A stretch of 64,000 nt of DNA from an uncultured Planctomycetota bacterium (GCA_963849325.1 CAWKHF010000003.1:119283-183282), one strand, 5' to 3'; shown: positions 23,186-33,430, numbered from the stretch's first letter. Program-made: numbers and translations. The notes: generated from the letters alone by a model not told the origin.

Positions 23186-23988
23186 GAGCCTATCCGGTTA
23201 ACCCCATACGCTTGTAAATGATGAAGGCGAAAGACATATGCAACAGGGCAATATAGTTCTCGGCCTTCTTGCACCAACGGATCAGAATGCCGCGGAATCG
23301 GTTCATCCAACTGTGCGTCCGCTCCGCCACCCAACGTCTCGCCTTACGGCCCGCCTTCCGCTTCACCTGCTGCGCGGCTCCCTTCTGGGGCGGCAGATGC
23401 GTCGTGAAGTAGAATTCTTCGGCAATCGCTTGCACCTCGTCATAGTCATAGCCCAAGTCCAGGCACAGACCCTGCGGCTCGTCGGGCGTCGGCTCGGGAC
23501 GCTCCACGGGGATGCTGTCGAGAGTCTCTTCGACCATCTTCATGTCCGGACGGTTGGCACCGTCCACGGCCAGTCCCACCGGGATGCCCTCGGCCTCGGT
23601 CAGCAGGCTGCGTTTGCTGCCCTTCTTGGCCCGGTCGGTGGGATTTTTGCCCGTCTTTTTCCCCCCCAAGGGGTGCTTGGGTCATGCACCCGTCCATCGA
23701 CAGCCAGGACCAATCGATCCCTTTCCAGTCGTCGTAGGCCATCAAGCCGTGTTCCCAGAGTTCCCGGAAGACGCCGGCCTGGACCCATTCTTGAAAACGA
23801 TCGTGGGCGGTGGAAGCCGGGCAGAACTTGGTGGCGTCCAGCGCCTTCCATTGACAGCCGGTGCGGAGCACGAAGAGGATGGCTTCCATGCAGACACGGT
23901 CGGGCTTTCGGGGCCGACCGCCGCCGAAGCGGTGTGTGTTTGGGTGTTCGGGCAGCAGCGGAGCGATGGCCTCCCAGAGGTCATCGGA
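23186..23988 (-). mobile_element. IS5-family element (two ORFs, probable programmed -1 frameshift), 5' end lost
   Basis: DDLWEAIAPLLP...GGRP; LRTGCQW; STAHDRFQEW..AGVF; RWVAERTHSW..RFR. Slippery G-run/A-run at about 23656-23667; end begins GAGCCTATCCGG at 23186. Confidence 0.9.
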
Positions 23989-25478
23989 GTAGTCATTCAC
24001 GGGCCAATTAGAGGTCAAGCGGCATGAGCATCAACGGCCGGGGTCAGCAACGACGGCAGGACGTGCCTTTCGGCGGCTGCCGCCAGGCACGCCGTCAGGT
24101 AATCCCATGCGCCCCGGCCCCGCTGACGGCACGTCTCCACCACCGACCAGATGCACGACAGGTACTCCCTGCCGTCCATACTCCGCGGGCCGTGACTCTG
24201 CTTCCGCCACAACACCCCATGACGCACCGCACGCTCCGCCGCGTTGTTCGTCGGCTCGACACCCGACACGAACGCAAACAGGAACAACGACACCTCACAC
24301 CCCAGCAGTTCGCGGCACACCGCTGCCGTCTTGGCGCAGCCGCACGCCGCCCCCCACGCCAAGACGGCGCGGAAGCGCACGCGAAAGTCCCGCGCGGCGT
24401 GCAGACGACCTGCGAAACGTATCTTCGTCAACGTCCCGTCACGCACGCGCTTCCACCAGCCCAGCATCTGCCCCGACAAGGCCAACAACTCCTCGCCGAC
24501 CTCCACGCCGGCGTTCTTCCGGTCCACCATCGCCTGGAAGTCCCGCCGCAGGTGCGCCCAGCACAACTGATGGCGTTCGTCGGGCAGGTGGTCGTAGACG
24601 CGATAACGGTCGGTGGTCATCACGCGCCGGTAGTCCGTCCCTACCAGCCGGTCCAGCTCGCGGCGACTGCGGCCGCGGACGACCTGGTAAACGGTGGCCA
24701 CCGCCGTGACCATCACCCACAGCCAACGCCCCCGACCCATCGATGTCTCCTCGACGTTGGCCGGTTGCTGCCGCGTCGCCGCCAGCAACTCGTCCACCGC
24801 CGGCCGCAGTTGCCGGCCGACCTCGGCCTCGATGGCGCAGACCTGTCCGGCCGACAGCGGCACGGCGAACAGGTCGGTCAGCAGGCGGGCGGCCTTGGCC
24901 TTGCTCAGCCGGTAGGCGCCGGTCAACAGGGCGCCGGCGGCCTTCAGGCGTGGCCCGTCCTGGCCGGCCGGCGCCTGCCCGCAGGTGGTGACGCCGCAGC
25001 GGGGGCATCTCAGGCGGTGGCGACGGTACTCGGTGACGACGGGCCGGACGGCCGGCACGTCCCAGACCTGGTGACGTAGCGGCTGGGGGTCGTCGCCGCA
25101 CAGCGGCAGCCGGCAGCGGCGGCAGGCCGTGGGTTTGCAGTGTTGGATGGCGTCGGGGTGGTCGGTAAGAGGGCGTTGGCTCTTGGCATGTCCAGTCTGC
25201 CCGCCGACCGCACGCCCGGTGGGCGGGCGGGGCGGGGCGCGTTTGACGGCGGGCGGATCGGAAGAGGGTGGCTTGGAGGAGTTGGTGGAGTTTTGGTTAA
25301 GGCGGGCTTCGAGGTCGGCGAGCCGTTGCTCGTAGTGCCGGATGAGAGCGCAGAGGGCAGCTTGGGCAGCCGGAGGGATTTGCTGCCACAGTTCGTCAGG
25401 GATTGGCGGAGCTGCGCTCATGCAGACTGACGTAGCGATCACGCTAGGACTTGGCAACCTCGCCCCGTGAATGAGTAC
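23989..25478 (-). mobile_element. IS66-family single-ORF element; transposase 24015..~25421
   Basis: NSTNSSKPPSSD; zinc finger CRRC/CPRC; QLCWAHLRRDF; PTNNAAERAVR. Terminal IRs GTAGTCATTCACGGG (23989) and CCCGTGAATGAGTAC (ends 25478). Confidence 0.92.
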
Positions 25479-26124
25479 GTACGAATCAGCAGTGTTTGGC
25501 CTGATACGCAGCCTCTTCCCCTACAGCATGAAATGGGGTGGGAAGTTTCGCCCGGACGGCTTCTCCAGCTTGGTGTACTCGAAGACCAACCGCTTGAACG
25601 ACCTTGAGAAGTGGAACTGGAGCTACGACTCGAAGTACAGTGAGCGCCACGGCGGCTACGAGTTTGGTGCCGGTGAACACCGCAAGTTATTTGATTATAT
25701 CCAGGCACTTTCTGAGCAGAAAGAACTACAGGTAAGGGGCAACCAGCTCGATGCGCACGTTATCATCAGCAATTCGCTAGAACGGAGCAAGAGGAAAGAC
25801 GCTGCCAAATTCCTGCGCTGCGAGCATCGTCTGGGCAGGAAAGACCTGGCAGGGTTCAAGCTGGTATTTATGATGGAGCCATTTCTGCTGACGCTCTACG
25901 ATCAGGTCCGTAGCAACGAACTAGCGCTCACGAAGCGGTGGGGCTACCTCTCCCAACGGCTCTCGTGGCAGATGCAGCAGGAGAATGCAGACGGTTACGT
26001 ATTGCTAGACAAAGAGGAGGCGAACGCATTGGCCGACTGGGTGAGGGGGCAACCACCTGTTGATGATCCGGTTGACATCGTCCATCTTCAGGAAAGCCTT
26101 GACGACATGATGAGCGGGAACTGA
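25479..26124 (+). pseudogene. 5'-truncated PD-(D/E)xK nuclease resembling the FokI cleavage domain
   Basis: YE..V......WGGKFRPDG...YDSKY....GYEF...E..KL.DYI; the annotated ATG lies inside the IS66 IR. Confidence 0.55.
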
Positions 26125-26250
26125 GTCCGCTGGTGAGGTCCGTTCAATAACGGCCGAAGGCAGTCCTTTCGGGGCGGGGGTGTCCGACGGCCATCGGCCC
26201 CCCATCTCTCATCCCCGAAAGGTTCCTATGACCCTGAAAGGAGCAACCTC

Positions 26251-26691
26251 ATGTCTCAAGACGCGGGCCGTTGCATCGACGGCATCGAAACCAACCGGCA
26301 CGTTGTTGATTGGAACCATCTGGCCTGGCAGACGCTGCAAAGGCTCTCGGGGATGATGGACTTGCCGCTGCTCGGCGAGGAGAGCGAAGAGTTCGCCGTC
26401 GTCTCCAAGATCCTCCTCAAAGGCATCAGGTGTCCGGGCCGGTTCTACGGGAACCCTGGTTTCAGCGTCAGTGCTCCTCCGGAAACTCCCGAGGCTGAGT
26501 TCCTGGCCGTCGTCAAGCGGGCACAGCAGGACTGGCTCAAGCAACTTCGATCCCAGCTCGCCCGCTCCAGCAGCCTCAAGCGAGAACGGAAGCGGCTGAA
26601 GCGTCACGAGGTCCATCCTCTCGTCTGGCGGCTGGTCGTGACGGGAATCCTCCTCTTCAAGGACAGCCAACGGCAACTCTGTATCGCTTGA
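26251..26691 (+). CDS. Hypothetical protein
   Basis: 146-aa ORF with AAAGGAG RBS; no recognisable motif. Confidence 0.45.
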   Translation: MSQDAGRCIDGIETNRHVVDWNHLAWQTLQRLSGMMDLPLLGEESEEFAVVSKILLKGIRCPGRFYGNPGFSVSAPPETPEAEFLAVVKRAQQDWLKQLRSQLARSSSLKRERKRLKRHEVHPLVWRLVVTGILLFKDSQRQLCIA

Positions 26692-26850
26692 GGCAATGCC
26701 GTCGGCTGCGTGCAACACCGGTGACCGCGAGGCCCGGAACCAAACCTCGCTCGCGACCTCCTCGGCAGGAGTCGTGAGGTGGCAACCGTCCGCCAACACT
26801 ACCACAGCAGATGATCTTCTTTCAGCAGCAGTAGAAGAATCTTTTTCCAG

Positions 26851-26947
26851 CATGGGACACCAACGACACCAGAACACATGGGAAATGGGACACCACTCAC
26901 ATGACGGACACATGGGACTGGAATATACATGGGACACCAACGACACC
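26851..26947. repeat. Iteron-like direct repeats
   Basis: CATGGGACACCAACGACACC at 26851 and 26928, plus three partial ATGGGA cores between them. Confidence 0.8.
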
Positions 26948-27106
26948 CGTTCCGGGTGACGAATCATCACCGGCACGGGGACAACGATGGCTCTGGGTCA
27001 TCCATCACTGATGCGGGTACCAAGTCCGAGGGGGCGGGCCGTCGGCCACCGCCGTTCATCGCCCCGCTCCCGGATCACCCTCATCATTCACCCTGGAGCC
27101 CGCTAC

Positions 27107-27520
27107 ATGCGAACGATCCCCTTGAAGAACTCGACCCGCGTAGTGGTCGTAGACGACCAGCACTACCCCTGGCTGTCCCGCTACGAATGGCGGGAGCAAC
27201 GACGGCCGAAGGCCCGTACCACATATGCCGTCGCTTCCATCCCGACCCCGGCAGGCCGCATCGCCACGGTCCCGATGCACCGGCTCATCCTGAATCTGGA
27301 ACCAGGCGACCCTCGCCAGGTCGATCACCGGGACCGAAACGGCCCCAACAATCAACAAAACAACCTCCGGATCGCCACCCACAAACAGAACCTGGCGAAC
27401 GTGGTCCTCCGTCTCGACTCAACCTCCCTCTTCAAAGGCGTCAGCTACCACGCCCCCTCTCGTCGCTGGAGAGCCCGCACCGGCGAGAACGGTCACGTCT
27501 ACCTGGGCATGTTCACCTGA
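27107..27520 (+). pseudogene. Phage-type HNH-AP2 endonuclease, truncated in AP2 domain by IS21 end
   Basis: MHRLIL...VDHRDRN..NN...NLR.AT..QN..N; FKGVS.....W.A......YLG.F, then a TGA supplied by the IS terminus. Confidence 0.85.
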
Positions 27521-28868
27521 TGAACGACAACTATAATTCCCGCCCGACGACACTTAGAATTCCCGATCCAGTCCGACGACTCGCGCTCGTCAACGACACT
27601 TAGAATTCCTGATTTGCGAGCCACTGTTCATCATCGAGTGCCCTTCCTCCCGGAGGTTCTCGATGATCACCGATCAGCAAGTGCGGAGGCTCCGGCACCT
27701 CCAACGGCAAGGAGTTGCCAAAGAGGTCGCCGCAGCCCGCGTTGGCATGGATGCCAAGTCGGCGCGAAAATATCGCCGCCTCGGCCAGCTGCCCAGCGAG
27801 GTCATCAGCATGGACAGGAACTGGCGAACACATCCGGATCTCTTCGCCGAGGTCTGGCCCGAACTCGAAGAGAAGTTGCAACGCCACCCCGGACTGCAAG
27901 CCAAGACCCTTTTTGTCGCGGTTGCCGCTGGAGAAGAGTTGGCCGGCGTTGGATTTGAAGCGGCTGCCGGCCAAAGTGGTGCAGCAGGCGCGGACGCTGT
28001 TGGAGGGATCGTTTCTGGATCGCTGCGAGAACGTGCTGGTGTTTGGGCCGCCGGGTTCGGGGAAGACTCATTTGCTCTCCGCGGTATCTCAAGAGCTGGT
28101 GCGTTCGGGCCGGCGTGTGCTGTCGCGAAAGTGCAGCCTACTGGTGCAGGATCTGTTGGTGGCCAAGCGGGATCTGAAATTGTCGTCGCTGCTCAAGCGT
28201 CTGGCTGGCTACGAAGCGTTGCTCGTGGACGAACTGGGCTATGTGCAACAAAGCCGAGAGGAGATGGAGGTTCTGTTCACGCTGCTGGCGGAGCGTTACG
28301 AGCGGGGCAGCGTGCTGCTGACGAGCAACCTGCCGTTCTCGGGCTGGGAAGCGATCTTCAAGGATGCGATGACGACGGCGGCGGTGATCGATCGACTGGT
28401 CCACCACAGCGTGATCGTCGAGTTGAACCTGCCGAGCTACCGCGTGGAGCAAGCCAAGAAGGCCAAGCAAAGTCGTCCGTCCGAGGCAGGAGAATCGGCA
28501 AGCGGCCCGGAGCCAGGGAAGCCGTAGGCAAAAGTCGCGACGCGGGGCGTGTACAAGTTGGATTTTCGGAGGCATAGCTCGGGTGTCCGATGGGGGAAAG
28601 CGGTCCCCACCACCGAAGTGGTGGAGGACCGCTGTGGTGATGCCCATCGGCCCACCGTCGGCCGGGTTATCCCTTGGTCGGGTTGCGTCCCCGCAGAGCC
28701 CGCCTCCGTTTCACCCGGCGCGAAGAGGGTAGCCGCAAGGGGGCCAGCCGAGCAAGCCCGACTGACGTGCGAATCGGGAAAAGTAAGTGTCGTTGGACCC
28801 CTGCTTGCCGGGAGGGCAATCGGGAATTCTAACTGTCGCGGGTAGGGAAAAATAAGTGTCGCTTGACA
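27518..28868 (+). mobile_element. Internally deleted IS21-family element (istA 5' fragment joined to istB 3' part)
   Basis: TG...CA ends; three CGACACTTAGAATTCC-like motifs at each end; istA N-terminal HTH 27663-~27914; istB GPPGSGKTH, DELGYV, LTSNLPF, IDRLVHH ending 28527. Confidence 0.9.
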
Positions 28869-29157
28869 GGCGGTTCTGATGATGGGGGCGGTTTCCGGGA
28901 CCACGCCGACCCTGGACGTGAAGATGCAGGAGTCGGACGACGACACCACCTGGACCGACATCACCGGAGCCACCTTCACCGAGGTGACCGCGACCGACCA
29001 GGAGCAGCGAATCCGCTTCCTCCGCTCGAAGCGGTACTGCCGAGCATTCGCGACCATTGGCGGCACTACCCCGAGCTTCGACGCCGCGGTGGAAGTCCTG
29101 GCCCAGGCGAAGTACGTCGGCCAGGGCGGCGGCTACGACCGCTCGCCGGCGGCGTAA
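28869..29157 (+). pseudogene. 5'-truncated phage structural (capsid decoration-like) protein
   Basis: Beta-rich TLDVKMQESDD..TWTDI.GATF...KRY.R; lies upstream of a head-tail adaptor-like gene. Confidence 0.45.
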
Positions 29158-29240
29158 TCGGTCGCTGGGCAACCATCTCCTTGGTTGGGGCCAGTCGTCT
29201 GCGGCAAGGCGGCTGGCTCCTTTTTCATGCGGAGGCGGCG

Positions 29241-30080
29241 ATGGACGGCGGATTCCCCGACTTCACCCAGCCGATGGATATGGAGCAGTTCGCGGGCTTC
29301 ACCCTGGATTCCCTGGCCCCACAAGCCAGAGCCTTGATCGAGAAGTACCTGGGCCGGAAGATCATGCAGGACACATACACCGAGTTCTACGCCGGCACGG
29401 GCCGTCAGCTCCTCGTCTTGCGGCAGCGGCCGGTCCAGTCCATCCCGTCGCTCTACGTGGACGAACTCGCGTATTGGGGGGACGCTCCAGGCTTCTTCGA
29501 CAATTCCACCCTGCTCGTCGAGGGGACCGACTTCGCCCTGGACCGGGACCAGTCGGACGGCTCCTCCCGCTCGGGCCTGGTCTACAAGATCAACGGCTAC
29601 TGGCCCCGGCCCGTTACGCAGGCCTACGGAGAGATCACACCGGCTTTCGGACGCATCGGCAACATCAAGGTCACCTACGTCGCCGGCTACGAGACAGAGC
29701 CGCACGAGGAGGTCTTCTCCCGAATCGACTGTACCCGCTGTGCGAACTGCTGCAAGACGATCCAGCCGGGCTTCACCGAAGAGGATGTTTTCAGGATCGC
29801 AGCCCATCTGGGCGTGTCCGAGGAGAGCTTCATCGCCTCCTACCTGGAGATCGACCCGGAAGAAGGCGATTATCGGACCAGGGGAACCCCGTGCCCGTTC
29901 CTCGGCGGGGATGATCGCTGCACCATCTACGAGGTGAGGCCCGAGGCGTGCCGGGACTTCCCGCACACGGACAAGGAGGAATTCACGAGGAGAGTCTATC
30001 TCCACGCGGCGAACACGCTGTCCTGCCCGGCGGCGTACCACGTAGTCAGGGGACTGCGGCGATCCCTCCGGCGTCGGTAG
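29241..30080 (+). CDS. Chimeric ORF: phage head-tail connector-like part fused in frame to YkgJ/FliB-type cysteine-cluster domain
   Basis: IEKYLGR.I...TYTEFY.G.G...L.LRQRPVQSI ... NIKVTYVAGY, then CTRCANCC ... CPFL...CTIYEVRPEACRDFP. Confidence 0.7.
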   Translation: MDGGFPDFTQPMDMEQFAGFTLDSLAPQARALIEKYLGRKIMQDTYTEFYAGTGRQLLVLRQRPVQSIPSLYVDELAYWGDAPGFFDNSTLLVEGTDFALDRDQSDGSSRSGLVYKINGYWPRPVTQAYGEITPAFGRIGNIKVTYVAGYETEPHEEVFSRIDCTRCANCCKTIQPGFTEEDVFRIAAHLGVSEESFIASYLEIDPEEGDYRTRGTPCPFLGGDDRCTIYEVRPEACRDFPHTDKEEFTRRVYLHAANTLSCPAAYHVVRGLRRSLRRR

Positions 30081-30239
30081 GACGCACCCCTCTCATCATC
30101 AATGATAGATCTTCCCCGCCACAGTCAGTCCCTTTCTTCGAGCAAATCTCGAACAGGGCAGCGTTACCGGGATACCCTCATCTTGCAGGGCTTCCCTCGT
30201 GGCAGGGCGGCTGCCACCTATCCGCGACCCAGCACCTTC

Positions 30240-30640
30240 TCAATCAGCCTCCGATCAGAATTCGGCTGGCGCCGTAGTCCTCGACGAACGGCACCTTCTT
30301 GGCATAGAAGAAGCACAACGACGCTTCGGGACGAAGGTGGCCAGCGAAGCAGTCAAGAAGCGCTCGGTGGTTCTGGTGGTCCTGAACCCAGTCGGCCTTG
30401 AAACCCATCAACTTTTTCGCTTGGGCTTCACGGTCAATCTGCACGTCGAGCGCATGTTGCTCACCTAGCTTGGCCATCTCCTCGATCAGCATCCACGCGA
30501 ACGGAATGGCCGCTGCCGAGTACGGTGGATGCCGGAGCGGGGTTGCGGCGAAGTGTCCATGAGCGCAGTCAGGGCCGCGGTTGTAGGGGTGATCCTTGGT
30601 CTTCGTGTACTCGAACGGGGCCATGAAGCCGACACGGGAG
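30240..30640 (-). pseudogene. Internal fragment resembling the N-terminal region of large RecD-like/AAA helicases
   Basis: FMAPFE...HPY...H.HF..TPLRHPPYSA..IPF.WM ... WVQ...N..ALL ... SLCFFYAK.VPF.ED...RILIG; recalled family resemblance only. Confidence 0.45.
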
Positions 30641-30859
30641 TAGGTCAGAAAGATGCTCTTGAGCAACAGGCCGAGAATGCCCCCGGAGACCGAGGCAAAG
30701 CCGCATGGTGTAGTATAGCCGCTGGTGCCGGAACGTCACCGCAAGGCCATTTCGCACAAGGAGCTTTCCCGATTGGAGAAGGAGGGGCGAGGGTTGGACG
30801 AACAGCTTCAAGAGGTGAGCAAGCGGAAAGACCACTCGTTCAGGATCAGCTCTCCGGAC

Positions 30860-31353
30860 CCTCCGGCGTCACCTGGTCTTACAGCCAGCTGACCACCTTC
30901 ATGCGGTGCCCGCTGCAGCACTTCTTCCGCGATCTGCTCCGGCTGCCGGAACGGTCCACGTCCGGTCCCCTGGCCCTCGGTTCCGCCGTCCATCAGGCCC
31001 TGGCACGGTTCCACCGCTCGGTACAGCAGGGCCGGCCGATCCCACCCCCCGCAGTACGCGACGCTTTCCTGGCGTCCTGGAAGGAGCGGCTGGTGGTAGC
31101 CCCACAGCGGGGCGAACCGCTGGTCGCCAAGTACCGCAACCCCGACAAGCTGCTGGCTTCGATCCCCTTCGCCGAGAAGCTCAAGAGCCTCCCCCGGCTA
31201 CCGTTCGTGGGTGAACTCTCATTCCGGGACATCATAGACGTGCTGAAACGGCAACGCCGGTTCTTCACCGCCCCGGAGCGGAAGCTCATCGACCTGACCT
31301 CCCAATACCTTGAATACAAGATCGCCACCATCTCCCGTTCGGCGGGTTCCTGA
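30860..31353 (+). pseudogene. PD-(D/E)xK (RecB/AddB-like) nuclease N-terminal fragment fused to an unrelated C-terminal fragment
   Basis: SYSQLTTFMRCPLQHFF...LALGSAVHQAL; no downstream G.ID...DxK catalytic motifs. Confidence 0.6.
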
Positions 31354-31538
31354 TCGGTCGTCCAGGGTTCTTCGGTCCAGCCGTCGCTCTTCTTCTACCT
31401 TTCCCGTCCGCCATTTTTCCAGCAGCCGTACTCAGAGGCTCTACCAAAATGTGGCAACACGTTTTCAACGTGTTGGATTGTACGGCACGTTACAAACGTG
31501 CCGCCACATTCGGTTCGTGCCTCTAAACCGCCAGGGAC

Positions 31539-31904
31539 GTGCCGATTGCGATGCCCTCTCCCCGCGCTTCGCTACCCCGCATCCGCGGAACCCAACTCGG
31601 TCTGCGGAACAGGTTGCTTATCGATCAACTCAAGTCCGATATGCAAACCGGCCGTTACGCCTTTCCAGAGCACCGCGGTCAAATTGCGGGTGTGCGCGAT
31701 CGCCGGGGCACTTATTATGTAGTGGAGGGACATCATCGCATGGTGGCGGCGATGGAGCTGTTTGACGATACGGGAGATGCGGCGGCGGTCCTTGAGCTGC
31801 TGCGCTGGGGTCGATGGACGGACGTTATCCGATCGCCTTCCGACCATCGCCCTTTGCCGTCGCGCGAGTGGTGGGGCGCCTTCCGCAACTGGCTCGGTTG
31901 GTGA
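31539..31904 (+). CDS. Small ParB/Srx-like domain protein
   Basis: IRGTQ...LIDQLKSDM..G ... YYVVEGHHRMVAA. Confidence 0.65.
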   Translation: MPIAMPSPRASLPRIRGTQLGLRNRLLIDQLKSDMQTGRYAFPEHRGQIAGVRDRRGTYYVVEGHHRMVAAMELFDDTGDAAAVLELLRWGRWTDVIRSPSDHRPLPSREWWGAFRNWLGW

Positions 31905-31915
31905 ACGGGAAGGGA

Positions 31916-32560
31916 ATGTGGATGGATTCCATCGTTCTATCCTCCGCTGGATTCACCGTTGGCCCCTTCGAGGTTCCCGCCTTCCGGCTACGGGCGGGGG
32001 AATGTGTCTGTCTGCATCTGTCGGAGGCGATGGACTCTCCTGCCGTGGACCAATTGATTGGTATCCTCAGCGGTAAACGAGCCGTGTCGGAAGTTCGCTG
32101 TAGCGGTCGATCGCGATGGGCGGCCCCCGTGCGAAAGGTCCGCCACGGTCTTTTCGGCCTGTTCCGTCCGATGCGCGTCGCCGATTGGCTCGCGCGAACG
32201 GCAGGTGCGACGCCCCCTCAAACGCAGGCCATTCTTCACCGCCTGTCGGCACAAGGCCGCAACGATCGTCTCGACCGATTGGCCGGCACGTCGAGGATGT
32301 TGTTGAGCGTGGAAGCTGCCTGGCTGATAGGAACGCAGGTCATCGTCTGGACAACCGCTGGACTGGATCCGCCAGGACGAGAAGCTGTGTACCAGGCGGT
32401 TTCTTCCCATTTCCCCCGCTGGAGTGCCATTCATCTCTCGTTCTCGTTCCATCAGAACGGGCAGCGGTTGCGCGAATGTTTCGCGGGGACCAGGTGTCTC
32501 GAAGTGGGGCCAGCCTCGGCGTCTTCCCCTGTGGAAGCCGCTCACCCGAATACGAAGTGA
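31916..32560 (+). CDS. Degenerate ABC-ATPase-like protein (no Walker A)
   Basis: FRLRAGECV; LAGTSRMLL (signature-like); TAGLDP (D-loop-like); lacks GxxGxGK. Confidence 0.5.
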   Translation: MWMDSIVLSSAGFTVGPFEVPAFRLRAGECVCLHLSEAMDSPAVDQLIGILSGKRAVSEVRCSGRSRWAAPVRKVRHGLFGLFRPMRVADWLARTAGATPPQTQAILHRLSAQGRNDRLDRLAGTSRMLLSVEAAWLIGTQVIVWTTAGLDPPGREAVYQAVSSHFPRWSAIHLSFSFHQNGQRLRECFAGTRCLEVGPASASSPVEAAHPNTK

Positions 32561-32563
32561 ACC

Positions 32564-33316
32564 ATGCGTAACGACGGCCGACAACCCGACGAGCTGCGGC
32601 CATTGAGTTTTCGCCGTCGCTACACGCGCCAGGCGCCCGGCAGCGTGCTCGTCCGAATGGGTCGCACGACGGTACTCTGCACGTGCTGCGTCGAGCCAGC
32701 CGTGCCGCCGTTCCTGACCGGCAGCGGCAAGGGCTGGCTGACCGCCGAGTACGGCATGTTGCCCGGCAGCACGAACACGCGCAAGCCGCGCGACCGCGGC
32801 GGCAAGATCGATGGCCGTAGCGTCGAGATCCAGCGCCTCATCGGCCGCGCCCTTCGCGCCGTGGTCAACCTGGAAGTCCTGGGCGAACGCACTCTCTGGA
32901 TCGACTGCGACGTCCTGGAAGCCGACGGTGGCACGCGCACTGCCTCCATCAACGGCGCCTACATCGCTCTCCTCGACGCGCTCGCCGTCACGCGCAAAAG
33001 CAAACCAATCCCTCTCCTTCCCCCGCTTCCCCCCGTCGTCGAGATCGTCCGCGGCAGCGTCGCCGCCGTCAGCGTCGGACTCCTCGACGGCCGGCAACTG
33101 CTCGATCTGGACTACAGCGAGGACAAGGACGCCGACGTGGATTTGAACCTCGTCATGACCGGCGGCGGCGACTTCATCGAGGTCCAGGCCGGCGGCGAGG
33201 AAGCGACTTTCAGCCGTCCGCAACTCGATCGACTGCTCGACCTGGGCAAGCGCGGCCTCGACGCCATCACGCACGCTCAGCGTGCGGCGCTCGGCGCCAA
33301 TTGGCCTCTGGACTGA
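32564..33316 (+). CDS. rph: Ribonuclease PH
   Basis: RNDGRQPDELRP; GWLTAEYGMLP; CDVLEADGGTRTASING; LDLDYSED. Confidence 0.97.
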   Translation: MRNDGRQPDELRPLSFRRRYTRQAPGSVLVRMGRTTVLCTCCVEPAVPPFLTGSGKGWLTAEYGMLPGSTNTRKPRDRGGKIDGRSVEIQRLIGRALRAVVNLEVLGERTLWIDCDVLEADGGTRTASINGAYIALLDALAVTRKSKPIPLLPPLPPVVEIVRGSVAAVSVGLLDGRQLLDLDYSEDKDADVDLNLVMTGGGDFIEVQAGGEEATFSRPQLDRLLDLGKRGLDAITHAQRAALGANWPLD

Positions 33317-33349
33317 ATCTCCTCGATTTGTTAAGGACGAGCGGACCAA

Positions 33350-33410
33350 ACCGAGCCGCGACCGTCAGGGAGCGGGCGAAAGCACCGCTCCCTGACGGTC
33401 GCGGCTCGGT
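33350..33410. repeat. REP doublet (AGCCGCGACCGTCAGGGAGCG family)
   Basis: Perfect inverted repeat in an intergenic region. Confidence 0.85.
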
Positions 33411-33430
33411 CGAGAAGGAGGAGCAGGCAC

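Noticed and set aside
26851-26947. Mini CRISPR array
   Set aside because: Only two 20-bp repeats, the spacer itself contains partial repeats, and there are no cas genes.
30860-31100. Cas4 gene
   Set aside because: Only a generic RecB/AddB-type N-terminal motif; catalytic and C-terminal Cys motifs are absent and there is no CRISPR context.
23186-31400. Intact prophage or ICE
   Set aside because: No integrase, terminase, capsid or att repeats; only fragments.
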